Source: an uncultured Candidatus Poseidoniales archaeon | Lineage (GTDB): Archaea > Thermoplasmatota > Poseidoniia > Poseidoniales > Thalassarchaeaceae | Assembly (NCBI GenBank): GCA_902530535.1 | Contig: CACAAP010000003.1 | Location: 721-64,720 of the forward strand | DNA: 64,000 nt | Reading direction: 5' to 3' | Shown: positions 58,433-64,000 of the stretch, piece after piece | Layout: every line of letters starts with the position of its first letter | How positions within the stretch are numbered: the first letter of the stretch is position 1 | The notes under the pieces: generated by a model | Seen by the model: the letters and a program-made list of their open reading frames with translations, nothing else | Told to the model about the DNA's origin: nothing | Database searches by the model: none | Translations under genes and position numbers: made by a program

Positions 58433-59928
58433 CCAAAACTATCTAGCGTGGATTGGCTCTCATCATTGCTTTCCTCCACTATGTCCTTTGATACGTCCTC
58501 CTCTATCTCGAACTTCTCTTCAAGCTGTCCGAACTCCTCCAGTATTGTCTTCCCAACTTTGCTGGTCTTCGGAATACCTAGAACTGCAAGATGATCTTCC
58601 CCCGTCATCCCTATCTTCTTCGCTACAGTAAAGTCGCTCTCAGATGCTCCGAGGCTCTTATCGTGAATCGCCAGAAGAGCAGGCCATAGATCTTCTCTGA
58701 ATGATGATTTGCTAGTTCCTAGGGATCCCGCTAGTCTCTCAATCAAGTCGATATTCCTCCAAGTTTCACCCCCCCTTCTCAGGAATTCTGGAAAACTAAT
58801 GAAGACGCCCCCATCGTTCTTTGAATTAGAGACCGCTGCAATGGCCTGAGTTGGCAATGATGAGCCCCAATACCAAGATCTGAAAGCACGATTGGTGAAT
58901 TTTGTAGCCAGATAGGAATCCGAGTTGCACATAGCTCCAGAGATCGCCTCAAGACCCCTGCTGCTAATCACCGATTGATTGTTCCACGAGAACCATGCTA
59001 GAATCTCGTCTGGGTCCTTGTCTGAGTTTAGGATGGCCTCTGATGCTAGAAGGCCCGAATCAGAATTGTAGGCTCTTTTCAGGGATTCGAACACGTTAAT
59101 CTGTGAGTCCCTGAGTACCGATCCAGATAGCTCACTCACTGAGGCCATGTCTACGTGCCCATTTGCAGTAACCGATAGAGATTGTAAATCCTTCACGAGA
59201 GCCCTGAGGTCTCCGGGATTCCTTCGAATTAGAGCATCTAGAGCCTCCGGATCAATTCCTACACTTTCCGAATCAAGAACTCTTAGGGCTATCCTCCTAA
59301 GATCTGTAGGCCCGACTCTCTCGAATATGATGTTTTCAGATACTCTGTTTACCCTATCCCTATTCCTTCTCCAATTCCCTCTCCCCCAGAGCTTCATCGG
59401 ATCATTACAGGTCATAATTACTGGATTTTCAGTTTTGTTGAGTAGATTGAGTAACTCCGCCTTCCCCCCCGAGTCCCCCTTCAGTACTGGTCCTTCTTCT
59501 GACCCCATGGTGGTGTGGATTCTTTCTTCTGATACCTGTGAGAAGCCTCCGCTAAGGTGATCTACCTCATCTAGGAGTATCACAGTTTTTCCAGTAGTTT
59601 CAGATCCCCTGGAGAAGTTCTCTAGTGAGACGTATTGCGAGCCCCTAGTTGCAGAGGATCTTATGGCGGCCGCATTCCTTTGCTCGGAGGCATTCAATTC
59701 TACAATCGACCAACCCTTCTCTTTTGCTATTGCATGTGCCAGCGTAGTTTTCCCCACTCCCGGGGGGCCAGAGAGCAGCAGCCCCCTCTTTTTCGGAGCC
59801 TTCCCAGAATCCCATCCTTCTAGCCAAATCCTCACTCTTCTTATCTTATCCCCATTACCCTCCATATCCGACAAAGTGGAAGGGCGGTATCTCTCCGCCC
59901 AGTCACCATCCTCCTTGCCCTGCTCCAT
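58429..59928 (-). CDS. rfcL: Replication factor C large subunit
   Basis: WAERYRP, GPPGVGKTT, ELNASE.R, LLDEVD, GDLR, and C-terminal PIP box QSTLDSF. Confidence 0.92.
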   Translation of the reverse strand: MEQGKEDGDWAERYRPSTLSDMEGNGDKIRRVRIWLEGWDSGKAPKKRGLLLSGPPGVGKTTLAHAIAKEKGWSIVELNASEQRNAAAIRSSATRGSQYVSLENFSRGSETTGKTVILLDEVDHLSGGFSQVSEERIHTTMGSEEGPVLKGDSGGKAELLNLLNKTENPVIMTCNDPMKLWGRGNWRRNRDRVNRVSENIIFERVGPTDLRRIALRVLDSESVGIDPEALDALIRRNPGDLRALVKDLQSLSVTANGHVDMASVSELSGSVLRDSQINVFESLKRAYNSDSGLLASEAILNSDKDPDEILAWFSWNNQSVISSRGLEAISGAMCNSDSYLATKFTNRAFRSWYWGSSLPTQAIAAVSNSKNDGGVFISFPEFLRRGGETWRNIDLIERLAGSLGTSKSSFREDLWPALLAIHDKSLGASESDFTVAKKIGMTGEDHLAVLGIPKTSKVGKTILEEFGQLEEKFEIEEDVSKDIVEESNDESQSTLDSFG

Positions 59929-59964
59929 GAGAGAAAATTCGCGCGGCGACTCTTGAAGATTAGC

Positions 59965-61683
59965 CTAGAACATCGAGGATAAAGAACCCGATTTCAGGCC
60001 ACCAATCAAACCATCTAGATCGGTACGTACTTGCTTCTGATCATCTCTTCTCCTGATTGTTACAGTGTTGTCCTCTAATGATTGGTGATCAATTGTCACT
60101 GCCCAAGGAATCCCAATCTCATCGGCCCTGGCATACCTTCTTCCTATCGATCTGCTGGTATCTATTTCTGCGATTATTCCTCTGAATGAGTTTATCTGTG
60201 CCATAATGTCCCTAGCCATTTGGTCCATTCCGTCTTTATCGAAAAGAGGTAGAATAACTAGATCGGCAGGGGCAATCGCGGGATTTAGTGACAAGATCGT
60301 GTACCCCTCGCCCTCTTTGTCCACTTCCTTGTAGTTATGATCAAGAATATGCCATATTATCCTATCAATCCCAAATGCTGGCTCGATAACATGTGGCGTG
60401 AAATATTCCCCAGAAATTATGGAATCCTCTACGGCGGTATTAACCATATCTTCTCCAATATGCACCATGGTCCCATCCGGGAGTTCCAAGTCAAACGGGA
60501 ATGACGATGGAATCTCTTGTAATTGAGATAGGGCAGAAGAAACCTCGCCTGCCCTTTCTCTGAAAGTTGGACCAATCACAGAACCTACTGGCTTGAGAAC
60601 TTCCGACTTTTTCTTTACTGGTTTTTCGTATGTCCTCCAAGCGCGTAAAAGACTCGATTTCGACAGCTCTTCGTGAGATTCCAGGTCATGACAGGTCCTA
60701 TTGGCAATTCCTACGACTTCCACCCAACCATGCTCTCCCATAAGCTCACAGTCCCAGCAATCAGATGCATAGTGAGCCATCTCAGAGCCTGCATGTTGCC
60801 TGAATCGAACCTTTGCCCTGTCTATCCCTACAGACACGAGAAACTCCATGGTCATTGCCAGGAACCACGCTACAGTGGGGTGCTTAACAATTCCAGACTC
60901 TAACGCTTCCTTGAATGACATCTCAAATTCTCCGGGTCTTGGACCGTCAGGATCGGGGACCATGCAAACTCTATCTGGCCATTTGCTGAGGTCGTCAATC
61001 GGCGGGTCATCTGGGTCAATGAAGTACTCAAGCTCAGCCATATTGAATTCTCTAAGCCTAATCATCCCCTGTCTCGGACTGATCTCGTTCCTGTATCCCT
61101 TCCCCGTCTGCATCGCACCGAAAGGCAACTTCTGTCTGAAGTGCCTGTATAGGGCAGGGAATAGCATGAACATTCCCTGAGCGGTTTCCGGTCTCAGAAA
61201 TGCGATCCTCGATCCGCCCATTGCTCCAATGCTGGTCTGGAACATTAGACTCATCGGCATTGCCTTTTTCCAGTCTAATGAGTCACAGCTCGGACAACGC
61301 ACGCCCTCTCTTTCAATCAGCTCATCCAGTTCACTGGAGCTAAGAGTGTCTGGAGCCTCGTGGAACTCAGCCACAAGGTGATCGCTCCTGAAAGCACCAC
61401 CGCAAGATCTGCATTCTGACATTTTGTCGTTGAACTCTCCAACATGTCCGCTGGCGATAAGTACAGGCTCCGGAGTGATAGTGGGGGAGTCTATCTCTAC
61501 AACGTTTGTAATGCTGCCCCAATGTTCAATCCAGGCATCAATTACTCTTCTCTTTATCCTTGCACCAACTGGTCCGTAGTCAACAAGACCGGAAACTCCT
61601 CCGTAAATTTCGAATGATGGAAGAACTAATCCTCTGCGCCTTAGGAGTGAGACAAGTCTAGACATCCTTTCTCTGTCTTCCAC
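59965..61683 (-). CDS. glyS: Glycyl-tRNA synthetase (alpha2, archaeal/eukaryotic type)
   Basis: EIYGG, LRPETAQG, RNEISPRQGMIRLREF, EPAFGIDR, SIGRRYARADEIG. Confidence 0.96.
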   Translation of the reverse strand: MEDRERMSRLVSLLRRRGLVLPSFEIYGGVSGLVDYGPVGARIKRRVIDAWIEHWGSITNVVEIDSPTITPEPVLIASGHVGEFNDKMSECRSCGGAFRSDHLVAEFHEAPDTLSSSELDELIEREGVRCPSCDSLDWKKAMPMSLMFQTSIGAMGGSRIAFLRPETAQGMFMLFPALYRHFRQKLPFGAMQTGKGYRNEISPRQGMIRLREFNMAELEYFIDPDDPPIDDLSKWPDRVCMVPDPDGPRPGEFEMSFKEALESGIVKHPTVAWFLAMTMEFLVSVGIDRAKVRFRQHAGSEMAHYASDCWDCELMGEHGWVEVVGIANRTCHDLESHEELSKSSLLRAWRTYEKPVKKKSEVLKPVGSVIGPTFRERAGEVSSALSQLQEIPSSFPFDLELPDGTMVHIGEDMVNTAVEDSIISGEYFTPHVIEPAFGIDRIIWHILDHNYKEVDKEGEGYTILSLNPAIAPADLVILPLFDKDGMDQMARDIMAQINSFRGIIAEIDTSRSIGRRYARADEIGIPWAVTIDHQSLEDNTVTIRRRDDQKQVRTDLDGLIGGLKSGSLSSMF

Positions 61684-61852
61684 ACACTTACCACAACCAA
61701 CGTGGTTTTCAAGCCATCCTCGTATACAGCGCCCTTGTTGTTATTGTGGGACCATAGGAGATTCCCCAGCATTTGCGTACGAAAAACGCTGAAATTAGAG
61801 AAGCATTCATTTATCCAATCGATAGCCTGAGTCGCAAGGTGGCTATGAAAAA

Positions 61853-64000
61853 ATGCCTGAAATAAAGTATGTATCTGAGATTTCGGAATCTGAGGATATC
61901 CTGTCCAAACTTTCATCCCCGGTGAGAAATTGGTTCTTGGACAAGTTTCCAGACTTTACTGAGCCCCAGAAAGTGGCGATCCCACAGATTCTTGCAGGCG
62001 AGCATCTACTACTGTGTTCCCCCACTGGTTCCGGAAAGACCCTAACTGCGTTTCTTTCGATAATTGACGATCTGGTTCGCCAGTCAATGGCAGGATCTCT
62101 TTCCGATACAGTGCATTGCATCTACATCTCTCCAATAAAGGCTCTAGCAAACGATATCCAGAAGAATCTGATAGGGCCACTTAATGAGATCAAGGAGAGA
62201 TTCCTACCCGGAAGGGCTCAGGATATCAAAGTGGGACTCAGGACTGGGGACACTCCCCAGAAAGAGCGAGAGAGAATGCTCAGAAAACCTCCACATATCC
62301 TAATCACAACCCCCGAGTCTCTAGGACTTGCGTTGGCATCCAAGAGATTCCGGCCCCTATTGAATGACTTGAAATGGCTGATAGTGGATGAGTTGCACTC
62401 TCTTGTACCGACTAAAAGAGGGACTCACCTTTCATTGAGTCTAGCATTGATGGATTCTGTTGTGGAATCTGATGTTCAGAGAATCGGGATTAGCGCAACA
62501 ATGGAGCCTCTGAACGAGGTTGCTGAATTTCTGGTAGCAAGCGATTCAAGGGAAGACGAGGGAAATACCCAGAGAGTCTCGATAGCAAAGATCTCCGGAT
62601 CTAGGAAACTAGACCTCGACATCATCTTGCCTACCCCTAGATTCACATCGATCCCGGTGAAGGAGATTCTAGATCACAATATTGATCGAATCAAGGAACT
62701 AGTCGAGTCTCATACTACGACACTTGTCTTCGTGAATACTAGGAATATGACTGAGACATTCGTCCAACGCCTCAAAGTTGCTGGATTGGAGGGAGTAGAG
62801 GGGCATCACGGATCAATGGACAAATCGATCCGACTGGATGTAGAGCAGCAACTCAAGGAAGGCATGCTGAGATGCGTTGTCTCTTCATCCAGCCTGGAGA
62901 TGGGGATAGATATCGGATCCGTTGACCTTGTCATTCAGGTCGGCTCCCCAGGTTCGATTGCCACTGCCCTGCAAAGGATAGGGAGGGCTGGACACCAAGT
63001 AGGGGGACTTCCCAGAGCTAGATTCCTCCCGACTTCCTCGCACGACTTGCTTGAGATTGTAGCCCTCCAGAACGGAATCCTCTCCGGCAATATGGACTTG
63101 CTAAAGTTCCCGCAGAATTGCCTAGATGTACTCGCTCAGTTCTTAATCGGGCTCACAATCATTCGAGAATGGGACATAGATGAGGCTTACGAATTGGTTC
63201 AGGCATCTTGGCCATATCGGAACCTTCCATACGACGATTACATCGAGGTTCTAGACCTGCTAGAGGAAGAAAGGAGAATATGGGTAGATTGGGAGGAGAA
63301 TCGTTTCGGAAAGAGGGGATACGCCCAGATGATCTACTACACCAATATCGGTACAATATCTCCTGACAACAATTATCTAGTTTTCACATCTGATGGCACG
63401 CTGGTAGGACAACTCTCCTCATCCTTCGTTTCAAGCCTGAGGAACGGGGATGTATTTCTCCTTGGAGGGTCTACCTACAGGGTCTCAAGTGTAATTGGAA
63501 CTAGGGTAAATGTCACGCCCGCGACAGGATTCAGGCCCACCATCCCTTCATGGACAGGAGAGGCTATGAGCAGGACCAGCGAACTAAGTTTCGAGGTCCT
63601 AGAACTACTCAGCATCCTAACTGTCCAGTATAGGAGGGGGAACTCGATCACTCCCTTCCTAATCGATGTTCTAGGCCTGAACAAGCCAGTAGCCAACGCA
63701 CTTTCCCAATTTCTGGATGAGCACTCAGCAACTACGTTCCAAGTTCCTTCCAAAGATAGAATCCTCGTCGAACAGGTCGAAGCTCCATTGCCCACCTATG
63801 TCGTAACTACTTGTAGGGGTCGAGCATTCAACCTCGCTCTCGGATACCTTTTCGCAGGAATGGCAGTCAGGGACGAGATTACGGTTCACGAACTTTCATT
63901 CGACGAGAATGGGTTCATGGCCAAATTAAGTCATGAGGTGGAGATTTCATCTATACCCGAGGTTTTTCGTAGCAGAGGGAGCGAGGAAATTCTGAATAAA
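61853..64000 (+). CDS. lhr: Lhr-family ATP-dependent helicase (runs off the window)
   Basis: Not in the ORF track. From ATG 61853: FTEPQ, SPTGSGKT, SPIKALAND, RTGDT, TTPESL, VDELH, SAT, HHGS, SSLEMGIDIG, QRIGRAGH. Confidence 0.92.
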   Translation, partial: MPEIKYVSEISESEDILSKLSSPVRNWFLDKFPDFTEPQKVAIPQILAGEHLLLCSPTGSGKTLTAFLSIIDDLVRQSMAGSLSDTVHCIYISPIKALANDIQKNLIGPLNEIKERFLPGRAQDIKVGLRTGDTPQKERERMLRKPPHILITTPESLGLALASKRFRPLLNDLKWLIVDELHSLVPTKRGTHLSLSLALMDSVVESDVQRIGISATMEPLNEVAEFLVASDSREDEGNTQRVSIAKISGSRKLDLDIILPTPRFTSIPVKEILDHNIDRIKELVESHTTTLVFVNTRNMTETFVQRLKVAGLEGVEGHHGSMDKSIRLDVEQQLKEGMLRCVVSSSSLEMGIDIGSVDLVIQVGSPGSIATALQRIGRAGHQVGGLPRARFLPTSSHDLLEIVALQNGILSGNMDLLKFPQNCLDVLAQFLIGLTIIREWDIDEAYELVQASWPYRNLPYDDYIEVLDLLEEERRIWVDWEENRFGKRGYAQMIYYTNIGTISPDNNYLVFTSDGTLVGQLSSSFVSSLRNGDVFLLGGSTYRVSSVIGTRVNVTPATGFRPTIPSWTGEAMSRTSELSFEVLELLSILTVQYRRGNSITPFLIDVLGLNKPVANALSQFLDEHSATTFQVPSKDRILVEQVEAPLPTYVVTTCRGRAFNLALGYLFAGMAVRDEITVHELSFDENGFMAKLSHEVEISSIPEVFRSRGSEEILNK

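Noticed and set aside
58429-64000. Inteins in rfcL or lhr
   Set aside because: Motif spacing is normal and there are no C...HN splice junctions or LAGLIDADG blocks in the visible parts.

Overview
Archaeal chromosomal segment. Gene content (aEF-1beta, aIF-5A, Rpo11/RpoL, RFC large subunit, SRP54, TrmY, archaeal-type GlyRS and AsnRS, Lhr helicase, a PGF-CTERM protein) and the giant acidic surface proteins fit Marine Group II Euryarchaeota (Ca. Poseidoniales); this taxonomy is inferred. Both ends are housekeeping: DEAD-box helicase, two MMPL/RND transporters, truD, rlmE, RNase P RNA, rpiA, tRNA-Lys, asnS, a frameshifted acyl-CoA dehydrogenase, OPT and DMT transporters, surE, trkAH, rfcL, glyS and lhr. 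The centre (20.5-47.6 kb) holds four co-oriented, very large cell-surface proteins: a membrane-anchored S8 protease and three proteins with Asp-rich thrombospondin type 3 (TSP3)-like repeats, the largest about 3,640 aa. In that gene, different globular domains sit at one recurring position of the repeat unit. One has clearly foreign, low-GC codon usage, suggesting a cassette-swapping surface-diversification system. Also noted: a low-GC three-gene islet behind tRNA-Gln with a possible phage tail-related protein, two probable CTG-initiated tRNA-modification genes, an unlisted small Zn-finger gene and several candidate regulatory repeats. All assignments come from reading motifs by eye; no database searches were run.
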